DNA from: an uncultured Gammaproteobacteria bacterium
GTDB taxonomy: Bacteria; Patescibacteriota; Microgenomatia; UBA8517
Length of the DNA: 64,000 bases
NCBI GenBank assembly: GCA_964427735.1
Contig: CAYRUS010000001.1
Location: 453,790 to 517,789, forward strand
Direction: 5' to 3'
This document shows, one piece after another, positions 9,747 through 19,728 of the stretch. Numbering within the stretch: the first letter of the stretch is position 1; each line of letters begins with the position of its first letter. The position numbers were made by a program, and so were the translations under genes. The notes under the pieces were generated by a model. The model saw nothing but the letters and a program-made list of their open reading frames with translations. It had not been told where the DNA came from and did no database searches.

Positions 9747-10372
9747 TAGGTATTGTCTAATACTACATTTCTTTTAAGTATTGTTTCTTTTCCAGATCGT
9801 GAAACCGCCTTGACAACTATCTCCTGAGCCTCCCCAAGTTTGATATCTACCTCAAATCTCCCTTCTTCATTCAAAATAACCGGTTGGTTATTAACAATTA
9901 CAGTTGTATCTGGATCTGTTTTCCCACTAACCCGAGTTTCTTTTTTCACTGCTATACCTTCTAATGGTGTATACAACTCTAATTCCGGAGGGCTAGAAAA
10001 CTCTTTGTATTGTACCAATAAATATCCACCAACCAGTAAAGCAATACTTAATGTACCTGTCAAAAATGTAAGCTTGGGGCTCCAACTAAATTTTTGTCTT
10101 ATTTCAGGTGGTTTTTTTGGATTTAAAGGAATCTCCTTTGGCGGATAATCCCTACGTAATAAAGCAGTGGCTTTTTGAGTATCAACTCCCACAGAAGAGG
10201 CAATATTCTTAACAAATCCTGATACTACTGGAAACTCTGGTAAATCATTCCAGTCTTCTTTTTCTATAGCATTAAGAAATTCTTTTTTAATTTTTGTTTT
10301 TTCCTCAACATCTTCAAGCTTTAGACCTCTGCTTTCTCTTGCGTTTTTTAGTGTTTGTCCTACAGTAACCAT
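9746..10372 (-). CDS. rodZ: RodZ-like cytoskeleton protein (N-terminal HTH, TM helix, C-terminal domain)
   Basis: XRE-type HTH MVTVGQTLKNARESRGLKLEDVEEKTKIKKEFLNAIE, then a Pro/Lys linker, a TM helix and a beta-rich C-terminal domain. Confidence 0.6.
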   Translation of the reverse strand: MVTVGQTLKNARESRGLKLEDVEEKTKIKKEFLNAIEKEDWNDLPEFPVVSGFVKNIASSVGVDTQKATALLRRDYPPKEIPLNPKKPPEIRQKFSWSPKLTFLTGTLSIALLVGGYLLVQYKEFSSPPELELYTPLEGIAVKKETRVSGKTDPDTTVIVNNQPVILNEEGRFEVDIKLGEAQEIVVKAVSRSGKETILKRNVVLDNT

Positions 10373-10373
10373 A

Positions 10374-12554
10374 TTAATTCATTTGCGATACTACTACATC
10401 ATTAGATTGTGTTTCAGAGTTGCTTGCTAAAAAACCTTCTGCATCTTGTATTAACACATCTCTAGGCTTTGATCCATCAGCCGGTCCTACTACACCGGAT
10501 GATTCCAGCTGATCAAGAATCCTCGCTGCACGAGCATATCCAACAGAAAGCCTTCTTTGTAAAAGTGATGCAGATGCTTTTCCGAATTTGACTACAATTC
10601 TAACAGCATCAGCATACAACTCATCAAGGTCTTCTTCAACCCCACCAATTTTAGTTGTTCCTGGTTTAGGCATATTTGTAACTTCCTCAGTGAATTGAGG
10701 CTCAATTCCTTGATTTTTCAGGAAATCTACTAGCGCATTTATTTCCTTGTCTGAAACAAAAGCTCCTTGGATGCGCAAAGGTTTTGCCTTGTCTGGTGAT
10801 AAATAGAGCATGTCTCCTCTACCTAATAATTTTTCTGCTCCTTGACCATCTAAAATAACTCTTGAGTCAACCTGAGATGCAACAGCAAACGATATTCTAC
10901 TTGGAATATTAGCCTTTATGAGTCCTGTAATTACGTTAACAGACGGGCGTTGAGTTGATAAAACCATGTGTATTCCTGTAGCTCTGCTCATCTGAGCCAA
11001 TCGCGTAATTGCATCTTCAACTTCTGTTGGTGCAAAAAGCATAATATCAGCAAGCTCGTCTATAAATAAAACGATATAAGGTAAAGCCTGAAATCCTGAC
11101 ATTTCATTGTATGCCTCGATATTTCTAGCTCCTACTTTTGAAAACAATTTATATCGCCTGTCCATTTCTTCCATTAGCCATCTAAGTGCTGATATTACTT
11201 TTTCCGGCTCAACAATTACAGGGGAAAGCAAGTGAGGGATATTATTATAGCCAGTCATTTCAACTCGTTTAGGGTCAACAAGAATTAGCTTGACCTCACT
11301 AGGAGATGCTCTAAACAAAAGAGTTGCCAAAAAAGTATTAATACAGACAGATTTACCAGAACCAGTCTGACCAGCGATAAGAACATGGGGCATTTTTGCC
11401 AAGTTTGCTACGATAGGTTTTCCGGATACGTCCAATCCCAAAGAAACAGCCAACTTTGAATCCACTTTTTCCATAGAATCTGATTGAATCATTTTCCTCA
11501 AGGAAACAAACTCAGGATTTATATTTGGTAGTTCTATTCCCACAAGAGATCTTCCAGGAATTGGAGCTTCGATACGAATAGTTCCTGTAGGTGCTGCGAG
11601 TGCAAGAGCAAGATCTCGATCAAGATTAGTGATTTTAGATAACTTTGTTCCCAATGCTACTTCTATCGCATATTGAGTCACTGTTGGACCAAGATTTACC
11701 TCAACAACGCGTGCTGTAATCCCGAATGACTCCAATGTTTGCTCAATAATCCCAGCGTTAGCTTTAATGTCTCCTCTATCCGCTTTCCCTACATTCTCAT
11801 TTGATAAAATATCAATAGGTGGATACTTCCATACTCTTTTATCTTCAGGCACATTACTTACAAGCTTATCTTCTAACGATTGATCCTCATCAGGTTTTGG
11901 TTTTTGTATCTGACCGTTTCTTTGAATATTTGCCACCGGAGCTTTAGGTAATTCATCATCTCCACCTTTGACTGTAAATTCCTTTTTATCCATTGCAAAT
12001 TTTTTATCAAAACTAGCATGTCTTTTAACGTCAGAGGCAAATTGTTTATCACCAAAAATGTAGCGTTTTGAACTCGCGCCAAAAGCAGTCAGCAAAATCA
12101 AAACCTGATGCAAAGAAGTGTTAAAAAGGACAATCAACCCTGCTATTGCCATAGAGATAAGAAGTATTGCCGCACCTGCACCAGTTATCAGCATCGCTAA
12201 TCCTTCCCATGCCGAATAACCTACAGTTCCTGCACGACCTAGCGTTGCAATCGAAATTGCAAAGAGTAGTATCCCAACTAATACATTTGGTTGACTAAGC
12301 GGAGTTTTAAATTTTGAAATGAGCAATCCTGATGTTAGAAAAATAAAAGGCAAAAATAAAGAAGCCCAAGAAAGATTTTGAACTAGAAGATCGTTAATTT
12401 TAACCAAAATTAATCCTTGTCTAGCAAAAGATACTATGGTTAGTCCAGTTAAAGCAAAAAATAATATTTGAGAAATTGAATGTACGGTTGCTTTTTTTAG
12501 TTTTAATTTAAAAGCACGTTTTGGTTTAGCTCTTCTCTTTTTTTTCTTAGCCAT
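10374..12554 (-). CDS. ftsK: DNA translocase FtsK/SpoIIIE
   Basis: Basic N-terminus, four or five TM helices, Walker A AGQTGSGKS, and a C-terminal gamma (winged-helix) domain LLQRRLSVGYARAARILDQLE. Confidence 0.9.
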   Translation of the reverse strand: MAKKKKRRAKPKRAFKLKLKKATVHSISQILFFALTGLTIVSFARQGLILVKINDLLVQNLSWASLFLPFIFLTSGLLISKFKTPLSQPNVLVGILLFAISIATLGRAGTVGYSAWEGLAMLITGAGAAILLISMAIAGLIVLFNTSLHQVLILLTAFGASSKRYIFGDKQFASDVKRHASFDKKFAMDKKEFTVKGGDDELPKAPVANIQRNGQIQKPKPDEDQSLEDKLVSNVPEDKRVWKYPPIDILSNENVGKADRGDIKANAGIIEQTLESFGITARVVEVNLGPTVTQYAIEVALGTKLSKITNLDRDLALALAAPTGTIRIEAPIPGRSLVGIELPNINPEFVSLRKMIQSDSMEKVDSKLAVSLGLDVSGKPIVANLAKMPHVLIAGQTGSGKSVCINTFLATLLFRASPSEVKLILVDPKRVEMTGYNNIPHLLSPVIVEPEKVISALRWLMEEMDRRYKLFSKVGARNIEAYNEMSGFQALPYIVLFIDELADIMLFAPTEVEDAITRLAQMSRATGIHMVLSTQRPSVNVITGLIKANIPSRISFAVASQVDSRVILDGQGAEKLLGRGDMLYLSPDKAKPLRIQGAFVSDKEINALVDFLKNQGIEPQFTEEVTNMPKPGTTKIGGVEEDLDELYADAVRIVVKFGKASASLLQRRLSVGYARAARILDQLESSGVVGPADGSKPRDVLIQDAEGFLASNSETQSNDVVVSQMN

Positions 12555-12682
12555 GGCAGATGTTTAATTATTATACATACATTTGAAGCTAAATAAAATC
12601 ACCTACAAATAAGACTATGAAGATGATATTAATACTCTTAAAACATTTGGTTTAATTATCAATTTGTATTATATAAATATAT

Positions 12683-13525
12683 CTAAGCTTCCCTCTCATA
12701 GATAACATCATCATTCCAGGAATTATAATAAGCATTAAGCTTTTGTACTCCAGGAATATCAACTATCCCTATTGGCACTATCAAATGCTCTCTGTGGATT
12801 ATCGTTTCGTCATTATCCTCAGGCCATTCAACAAACAATTTAAACGGTCTATTGTTTTCAATTGCATTTTCGATATCTATCGGTTCTGTTTTATAAACTT
12901 CATGATTATATCTACCATAAAATGAAGATGCTAAATTTTTTACACTTATTTCTTTAGGGTAGAGATAAAATGTCATAGCTCTTAACTTATTTCTTTCCAC
13001 ACCTTCTCTAAATATCATATAATCCAATCTGAAATTAGCTACATCACCCAAACTACCCGATCTTTGATCTAAAGAAGGAAATGAAGTGTCGAATCTTATT
13101 TTTATACGTCTAACGTATTCTTTCGGAAACTTCATATCCCCGGCAGGAATCATAAAGTTAATATCATATTCATACAAAGATGTAAGCGGTTCTGATGAAT
13201 AATATTCACATCCTAATGTTGCACTTGCTCCTATGTAATCTATACCGTTAGGTAAGTCTTCATAACCTGGAGTAGTTTGCTCTGCAACAAGCAGAGGTTC
13301 CGGAATTTCGCTACTCTCAATACTGATATTTTCTTGAGAATTGAGAGTATATCCAGTTTTTTGCATAACATCTCGAAGCACGTAAAGAGCAAACAAGTCA
13401 TCATTTGACATGTAATGTCTTAGTTGGTTGTTTTCTGGTAAATGTTGGGCAAGAAACTCCGCCAATCTCCAAGTAGCTCTAGATACTGCTTCTTTTGATG
13501 ATATGTCTTTACCTCTTTCTGGCAT
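12683..13525 (-). CDS. Hypothetical protein
   Basis: 280-aa ORF with no motif I recognise. Confidence 0.45.
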   Translation of the reverse strand: MPERGKDISSKEAVSRATWRLAEFLAQHLPENNQLRHYMSNDDLFALYVLRDVMQKTGYTLNSQENISIESSEIPEPLLVAEQTTPGYEDLPNGIDYIGASATLGCEYYSSEPLTSLYEYDINFMIPAGDMKFPKEYVRRIKIRFDTSFPSLDQRSGSLGDVANFRLDYMIFREGVERNKLRAMTFYLYPKEISVKNLASSFYGRYNHEVYKTEPIDIENAIENNRPFKLFVEWPEDNDETIIHREHLIVPIGIVDIPGVQKLNAYYNSWNDDVIYEREA

Positions 13526-13649
13526 TTTAATTTTAGCAGGTTCATCTGGTATGTTTTAAATTGGAATAAAACCACGTTTACAATAATATTGTCCCATAAC
13601 TGTTCAGCATTCTCAATCTTACTTACGAAAAAAATAGAAGTACTTGTTC

Positions 13650-15299
13650 TTATACTTCAACAACAACCGGCAGTATCATTGGACGTCTTCCAGTTTCATC
13701 ATAAAAAAATCTTTCCAGATAATTAACAGTTGCAGTTTTAGCTGTTTGCCTGTCTATTCTGTCCTTTTTCTTAAGATCACCAAGCAATCCTTGTGAAGCT
13801 CTTTCTAAAATTTCTCCGTGCTTTTTTTCAAAAACAAAACCGCGGCTAACAACTTCTGGTATTGATGATATTTCTTTGTTTGAACTATCCAATTGCAATA
13901 TTGCTATAACAATTCCATCTGTTGATAAAACCTCTCTATCTCTCAAAACTACAGTTCCAACATCACCTACACCTAAGCCATCTACCAAAACAGGATGGGA
14001 TGGAACTTTTCCTGTGACACGCCCATTACCGTTTGTGTATTCGACAATTTCTCCTGGAGTCAGTTCAAATACATTGTCTTTCTTTGATCCCATTTGTTGA
14101 GCTATCTTCGCATAGGCTCTGTTATGACGAACAGTTCCACCAATTGGAATAAAATATTTAGGTTTAATAAGTCCAAACAACATCTTTATGTCCTCTTGGC
14201 TTCCATGCCCGGACACATGTAAATCTTCCTGCATATCGTAATAATGAACATCAATATTTCTTTCTATAAATCTATCCACTAGAGCATCAACATTATCTTT
14301 GGATCCTGGTGGTGCAGGATCAGAAGAAAAAATAATCACATCCCCTTCTTCAGCACTTAAATAATCATGTTCTTTTGTAGCTACTCTATAAAGCGCACTA
14401 CCTGGTTGACCATAACTCCCTGAAATAATGAAAACCACATCAGACGGTCTAAGATTAGCGGCTTTTTTTGCTTTAAGAAGCATTTTTTCAGGGTAATGCA
14501 AATATCCTAGTTCTTTTGCGATTGTAGCTTTAGATTCGATTGATCTACCTACAAAAGCAAACTTTCTTTTCATTTTTATCGCTACATTTATAGCTTGCTG
14601 AATTCTAGAAATATTGGAAGATATAGTCGTAAAAAATATTGCCCCTCTAGCTTCTTCTGCAATCTCTTCAATTCTTTGTTCTATTGAACGCTCACTTTCA
14701 GTATAACCTGGATTCGTAGACCCAATTGCATCTGAAGCCAATGCAAGAACCCCTTTAGAAGCAAGCTGGGCTGCCTTTGCAACATCAAAAGGTCTTGTAT
14801 CCACAGGTGTCCAATCAAACTTGTAATCTGCAACATGCATTACTCTACCCTCCGGAGAATCGATCGCATAACCTACGCTATCGGGAACAGAGTGAGAAAT
14901 TCTAAAAGGGGTAACAGTAAACTTCCCGACTTCAATCACATCTTTGTCAGGATCAAATACATTAAGTGGTGCCTTTTTCTTGTAGTCTGAAAATTTTTCA
15001 TCAATAAAACCAGCCACTAACTTTGTTGCATAGATTGGAGCATCTACTTCCTGAAGTAAAAATGGCAATGCACCAATATGGTCTTCATGTCCGTGGGTAA
15101 TAAAAATGGCTCTAAGTCTTTCTTTATTTTCTTTTATATAAGTAAAGTCCGGAATTACCAAATCTACCCCATACATATCCGGATCAGGAAAACCAACTCC
15201 ACAATCAATTACTATTAAATCAGTCTCATATTCATAGATATAAAAATTCTCTGTTACACCTGTTGTTCCTGAAACTGCTATAAATTTTAAACTCGCCAT
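13650..15299 (-). CDS. rnj: Ribonuclease J (metallo-beta-lactamase / beta-CASP)
   Basis: HGHEDHIGALPFLL motif. The length and layout match the RNase J family. Confidence 0.9.
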   Translation of the reverse strand: MASLKFIAVSGTTGVTENFYIYEYETDLIVIDCGVGFPDPDMYGVDLVIPDFTYIKENKERLRAIFITHGHEDHIGALPFLLQEVDAPIYATKLVAGFIDEKFSDYKKKAPLNVFDPDKDVIEVGKFTVTPFRISHSVPDSVGYAIDSPEGRVMHVADYKFDWTPVDTRPFDVAKAAQLASKGVLALASDAIGSTNPGYTESERSIEQRIEEIAEEARGAIFFTTISSNISRIQQAINVAIKMKRKFAFVGRSIESKATIAKELGYLHYPEKMLLKAKKAANLRPSDVVFIISGSYGQPGSALYRVATKEHDYLSAEEGDVIIFSSDPAPPGSKDNVDALVDRFIERNIDVHYYDMQEDLHVSGHGSQEDIKMLFGLIKPKYFIPIGGTVRHNRAYAKIAQQMGSKKDNVFELTPGEIVEYTNGNGRVTGKVPSHPVLVDGLGVGDVGTVVLRDREVLSTDGIVIAILQLDSSNKEISSIPEVVSRGFVFEKKHGEILERASQGLLGDLKKKDRIDRQTAKTATVNYLERFFYDETGRRPMILPVVVEV

Positions 15300-15301
15300 C
15301 T

Positions 15302-15883
15302 TTATTTAATTTTGTCTAGTATTTTTCTTAGATTTTTAAAATCTTCAAATGCCCTTTCTTTAATTGACCCGTTTCGCAAAGCTGCTGCGGGGTGGTACAT
15401 GGGTACAACCCATAATTTTTCTTTATTCCATTCTACTTGTCTAGGATTTCCGTGTACAGTGCTTATTGTAACACCTGGAATAAATTTTGCCATAGAAAAT
15501 CTACCTAATGATGAAATTACTTTAGGATGAACTATCTCTATCATCTTATCTAGATATTTTTGAAATGCTTCCATTTCTTTTGGCTCTGGGTCCCGATTGT
15601 TTGGAGGTCTATAGTGAACAACATTTGTTATAAAAACTTCAGATCTTTCCAGTTCAATTGACTGAAGTAGTTCATTCAAAAGTTGTCCGGCTCTTCCTAC
15701 AAAAGGCCTTCCTTTTTGATCTTCCCAATAGCCAGGACCTTCACCTATAAACATCACATCAGCATCTGCATTACCTTCTCCGAAAACCAGATTTAAATTC
15801 CCTTCCCGGAGTGGCAAACTCTTGTCTGCTTTCATTTTTGCCTTGAGTGCTATTAGTTTCTCCCGTTTCTCTTCTTTGGTCAT
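15302..15883 (-). CDS. udg: Uracil-DNA glycosylase, family 4
   Basis: GEGPG...GRPFVGRAGQLL motif of family-4 UDG. Confidence 0.85.
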   Translation of the reverse strand: MTKEEKREKLIALKAKMKADKSLPLREGNLNLVFGEGNADADVMFIGEGPGYWEDQKGRPFVGRAGQLLNELLQSIELERSEVFITNVVHYRPPNNRDPEPKEMEAFQKYLDKMIEIVHPKVISSLGRFSMAKFIPGVTISTVHGNPRQVEWNKEKLWVVPMYHPAAALRNGSIKERAFEDFKNLRKILDKIK

Positions 15884-15904
15884 TTCTTTAAGTATATCAA
15901 ACTA

Positions 15905-15933
15905 GAAGTTGGCAGTAAGAAGTTAGAAGTTAG
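15905..15933 (-). promoter_or_regulatory. Tandem AAGTTAG heptad repeats (gene-strand reading AACTTCTAACTTCT...) 22-50 nt upstream of the udg start codon
   Basis: + strand reads ctaGAAGTTggcagtaaGAAGTTAGAAGTTAGtaac. The same 12-mer AACTTCTAACTT recurs upstream of the lon-like gene at 20794-20828. Confidence 0.35.
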
Positions 15934-15936
15934 TAA

Positions 15937-16506
15937 CTATTCTCTAACATCCTTATACTTAATTGGTAGATTTTGCTCACAAAGCGGACAGGTATCTTTT
16001 TCATAAAACTCGAATGGAGGTTTTTCTAATAAACTAATTATATCAACTCCATTTATTTTACTTTCTTGTCTATTAATCCACACAGATACACCTATCAAAT
16101 CAAGACCTGCGTTTTTTATAAAATCAATATTTGATGAAACATCAGTTCCTGTGAATATTAAATCTTCAACTAACATCACTCTGCATGGCGGACTCGGCAC
16201 GTTCATTCTATGAAATTCAATGTTCTCTTTTTTACCTAAAGTTATAGTAAACTCTTTATCTAAGTGTTTAGCAACAAAACACGAAACAATTGCTCCGTTT
16301 ACAACAGGTCCAATAACTAAATCAATATCCGAAAAACCATCTGCTATTTGTTCTGCTTGAAACTTTGTAACTAAATCAAGTAATCGCGGCTTTTTGATTA
16401 TATTGCCTTTTTCAACCCACCCATTGCCATGATATCCATTTTTAAATTCAGTATGACCTTCAAGCCAACCACCTGATTCTCTAAGTATTTCTTCAAATCT
16501 ATTCAC
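15937..16506 (-). CDS. Phosphoribosyltransferase-domain protein (type I PRTase fold)
   Basis: PRPP-binding motif VMLVEDLIFTGTDV. C-terminal CPLCEQ. Confidence 0.7.
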   Translation of the reverse strand: MNRFEEILRESGGWLEGHTEFKNGYHGNGWVEKGNIIKKPRLLDLVTKFQAEQIADGFSDIDLVIGPVVNGAIVSCFVAKHLDKEFTITLGKKENIEFHRMNVPSPPCRVMLVEDLIFTGTDVSSNIDFIKNAGLDLIGVSVWINRQESKINGVDIISLLEKPPFEFYEKDTCPLCEQNLPIKYKDVRE

Positions 16507-16599
16507 TGTCTAAATTATATCTTATTCTTTTCCTTATTTTATTCCTCACCAAATTTCTAGATTTGAATGCAGTGAGAAAATACTTTTTAAAAAGTCGCA

Positions 16600-16730
16600 G
16601 ATGTTTGACAAGCGCTTGCCGTGCAGAAGTTCTGCAGACATAAATTTTCGAACGAAACACAAACCTAGAAAATTTAAGTGAGTGCCCTTCTTTGCCTCAT
16701 TTCTTGGGCAAGCAAGAAATGAATTATTAA
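16600..16730. promoter_or_regulatory. Intergenic segment upstream of tgt carrying three palindromes: CAAGCGCTTG, GCAGAAgTTCTGC, and TCATTTCTTG-ggcaag-CAAGAAATGA
   Basis: Read directly from the sequence. A TTGACA hexamer is at about 16606. Possible operator or small structured RNA. Confidence 0.3.
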
Positions 16731-16738
16731 ATTCTTAA

Positions 16739-16755
16739 TTGTTATAATATGCCTT
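16739..16755 (+). promoter_or_regulatory. Extended -10 promoter tTGtTATAAT ending 7 nt before the tgt ATG, implying a leaderless or near-leaderless mRNA
   Basis: TGnTATAAT at 16740-16748; ATG at 16756. Confidence 0.4.
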
Positions 16756-17823
16756 ATGCCTAAAAAGTATTTTCAAACAATCAACCAAAAAAAGTACAAA
16801 CTGCCGATTTTCTTCCCAGATGCAACTCGTGCTGTAGTTAAAACTCTAGATCTAACTGATGTTGAAAAGACAAAAACTCCTGGAGTGCTTGTTAATACTT
16901 TTCACCTATGGATTAATCCAGGAGAAACAATAGTCACAAATTTTAATGGTGTAAGAGAGTTTATGAATTGGGACAAGGCAGTAATATCAGACTCCGGTGG
17001 GTTTCAAGTAATGTCTTTAATCAAAAACAGTGGCGGGAAAGTAACAGATAAGGGTATAAAATTCCAGCCCAAAGACAAACCTCGAATGCTATTGACCCCC
17101 GAAGACTCAATAAGAATTCAATTTTCTTTAAAAACAGACTTAATGGTAGTTCTGGATGATTTTACACCACCTAATGCAACCAGAAAGCAAGCAGAAGAAA
17201 CAGTAAAAAGAACTTTAAAGTGGGCAGAAAGATGCAAGAAAGAATATGAAAAACAAAGTAAAAAAACAGGACTAAAGCCTTATTTAATAGGCGTGGCACA
17301 AGGTGGAAAATATCAAGATCTTCGAGAATACTGCACAAAAGAATTGGTTAAAATTGGTTTTGATGGAATTGGCTACGGCGGCTGGCCTATTAATGAAAAA
17401 GGGGAGTTTGACTACGAGTCGGCCCAGACTATTGCCGAAAGCGTTCCGGAGGACTATCTGCTTTATGGACTAGGGATTGGTATGCCGGAGGACATAGTGG
17501 GAATGCATAAATTAGGTTATTCAATTTTTGACTGTGTAATCCCAACAAGGGATGCTCGTCATGGGAGATTGTTTGTCTACACTGCCACTTCATTTGAGCA
17601 AATTGATGTAAACAAGAATAATTTCTATAAATTTCTATACCTGCCTAAAAAAAAGTATGAGAAGGAAAATGAACCAATTAGCAAAATCTGTGATTGTCAC
17701 ACTTGTAAAAACTACTCCTTAGGCTATCTAAACCACTTATTTAAGATTGGAGACATGACAGCAATGAGATTAGCAACAATCCACAACTTGAGGTTTTACT
17801 CTTTACTAATGGAGAAACTTTAA
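16756..17823 (+). CDS. tgt: Queuine tRNA-ribosyltransferase
   Basis: LPIFFPDAT, SDSGGFQV, DCVIPTR, and the zinc site CDCHTCKNYSLGYLNHL. Confidence 0.9.
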   Translation: MPKKYFQTINQKKYKLPIFFPDATRAVVKTLDLTDVEKTKTPGVLVNTFHLWINPGETIVTNFNGVREFMNWDKAVISDSGGFQVMSLIKNSGGKVTDKGIKFQPKDKPRMLLTPEDSIRIQFSLKTDLMVVLDDFTPPNATRKQAEETVKRTLKWAERCKKEYEKQSKKTGLKPYLIGVAQGGKYQDLREYCTKELVKIGFDGIGYGGWPINEKGEFDYESAQTIAESVPEDYLLYGLGIGMPEDIVGMHKLGYSIFDCVIPTRDARHGRLFVYTATSFEQIDVNKNNFYKFLYLPKKKYEKENEPISKICDCHTCKNYSLGYLNHLFKIGDMTAMRLATIHNLRFYSLLMEKL

Positions 17824-17881
17824 AAGATTTATGAAGATCTTTTAAAAAGATAATTAAGTGTATTAGTTATTGCTATATTTC

Positions 17882-18280
17882 TTACAACATCAGCTTTTGA
17901 AATTTGTTCAGAAATGATATTTTTTGTACGACCATACCAAAATGTGTCCCAGAAAGAGTTTTACTGGCAAGCTTCATTGCTGCCCATGTCCCAAAGTAAG
18001 GTACAAGTAAGTTTGCACTCATGCTTCCTTGCCTACACTCATTTACGACACCATTTACCTTATAATATATAACGGGATAGCTAATGCCTTCATTTAAGAT
18101 ATTTGTGGTTATACCTTTTTTAAATAGCCTACTCAAAAGTTCACCAACATTATAACTTTTTTGCCAGCGTACTCGTAAGTCAACATCGTTCGTTAACAAA
18201 ATATAAACGTGGTTTTGCTGAAGTGTGAACAGACTCACTTTTGGTGTGGATAATAGTCCAATTAGCACCACATTTTTCAA
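17882..18280 (-). CDS. Hypothetical protein
   Basis: 132-aa ORF with no motif I recognise. Confidence 0.4.
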   Translation of the reverse strand: MKNVVLIGLLSTPKVSLFTLQQNHVYILLTNDVDLRVRWQKSYNVGELLSRLFKKGITTNILNEGISYPVIYYKVNGVVNECRQGSMSANLLVPYFGTWAAMKLASKTLSGTHFGMVVQKISFLNKFQKLML

Positions 18281-18315
18281 GTTCTTGGAGATACTTTTTC
18301 ACCGGAAAATTAAAT

Positions 18316-19221
18316 TTATTTTTTTGTTAAATAAATTTCTGCCATCATACAACGAGCACTGCCACCACCATTATGCTCTATAGTTTGAATAGGAGCATGT
18401 ATAATCGGATCTAGTGCTTCTAATGTGGCTACTTGCTCCGGACTCAATGACTCATAAGCTTGAGAAGACATGACCAGAAAGGTTTTATCTGCCTTGTTTC
18501 TTACCTGAAGCATGTTTCCTGCAAAATGATTCATTTGGTTGAAAGTGATAGATACTAATTTTTTTCCGGAATTTTCAATGCTGTTTTTTAAATGTTCTTG
18601 CTCTTGCTTGTCATTAATACTTTCCATGCAAACTACTGTATATCGGTCAGCCACACACATCATTACGTTGGTATGGTAAATTTCTTTTCCGCTTTGATCA
18701 ACAGCGCGGAAATAAACCGGTTCGTAGTCCATATCCTCACAGAACTGAAGAAAAAGGTCTTTGTTGGTCCTAGGCGATAAGCATGCATAAGCTATTTTAC
18801 TAGATCTATCCAAAACAATGCTTCCAGTACCTTCTAAGAAAATGTTTTGATTTTCTTTGTCGGAGTAATCAATGGTATTTTTGACTTCATAGATGTTTTT
18901 AATTTCGTTTAACACCGTTGCTTTACGCTCTAACCTTCTATTTTTGGCAAACATAGGATAGAGAATAATAGTTCCACTCTTGTGTAAAGTGATCCAATTG
19001 TTTGGAAAGATGCTATCCGGAGTATGAGGGTTCGGTGTATCATTTATTACCAATACCTCAATATCATGGTTTTTTAATATAGTTACAAAATTATCAAATT
19101 CTACTAGTGCCTTCTCTTGAACTCCTTGCTGATCGCCAGCCACTTGAAACGCATTGTTTACCGCTGTTTCGGCATTATAGCCAAAATTAACCGGCCTAAT
19201 CATTAATAATGAATAGTTCAT
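18316..19221 (-). CDS. Amidinotransferase / arginine-deiminase-fold enzyme (DDAH or citrulline-utilisation hydrolase-like)
   Basis: C-terminal catalytic-Cys motif NGGGSARCM, typical of this fold. Confidence 0.7.
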   Translation of the reverse strand: MNYSLLMIRPVNFGYNAETAVNNAFQVAGDQQGVQEKALVEFDNFVTILKNHDIEVLVINDTPNPHTPDSIFPNNWITLHKSGTIILYPMFAKNRRLERKATVLNEIKNIYEVKNTIDYSDKENQNIFLEGTGSIVLDRSSKIAYACLSPRTNKDLFLQFCEDMDYEPVYFRAVDQSGKEIYHTNVMMCVADRYTVVCMESINDKQEQEHLKNSIENSGKKLVSITFNQMNHFAGNMLQVRNKADKTFLVMSSQAYESLSPEQVATLEALDPIIHAPIQTIEHNGGGSARCMMAEIYLTKK

Positions 19222-19326
19222 ATATTATTTAAAAAACTTGCTTATGAATATAAAATTAATCTCTTAATAAATACTTTCTTATACAGCAGAATCTGCCCCT
19301 TATTCTTGGCAATTTTGCTGACAACA

Positions 19327-19533
19327 TTAAGGTAATTGTACCACACTATAAGTTACAGCTGTACATATCTTTCTTATGTCATATGGGAATTCATCATTAC
19401 CAGAATGAATGATTCTAACATCTTTTTCTCTACAACCCAAATCCTTAGTACTGATATCAATCATCAAGTCGTCAAGACTTCCAAACATCTTGGTGGTGGT
19501 TGCATCTTTAATGTTAAATTGCATGATTTTCAA
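19327..19533 (-). pseudogene. Possible decayed remnant of a Lon protease-domain C-terminus
   Basis: The 68-aa ORF MFGSLDDLMIDISTKDLGCREKDVRIIHSGNDEF weakly parallels Lon [31 protein letters not shown]. The catalytic Ser region is absent and the surrounding 500 bp are non-coding. Confidence 0.2.
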
Positions 19534-19728
19534 TTTTTCATCTTTAGACCTTTGGACAGCTGCTCTTCTGCGTCTTAATATTCTTACTTTCTATATCTGA
19601 ATTGTGTATAAATCTGTTTCCTGTCCTTTGGACACGAATAGATTTTGGAGTATAAAAAATCATTCTTGTTGTTTATGCTTTTTTAAGCCATTTGTTGGCT
19701 AAGCTAAGTTTCACAATATTATTTTATA

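Noticed and set aside
16507-16755. Considered a preQ1 riboswitch upstream of tgt
   Set aside because: The preQ1-I/II consensus is not present. preQ1 riboswitches normally precede queC/queF/queT rather than tgt.
17822-17843. AAAAGAT-ttatgaag-ATCTTTT hairpin between convergent tgt and the downstream gene
   Set aside because: The stem is AT-only and no U-tract follows on either strand, so it is not a convincing intrinsic terminator.
19222-19728. Looked for a tRNA, tmRNA, SRP or RNase P RNA in the 500-bp non-coding gap
   Set aside because: No T-loop GTTCRANYC/CCA-end pattern or conserved SRP/RNase P motifs were seen. The gap is better explained as decayed Lon protease-domain sequence.
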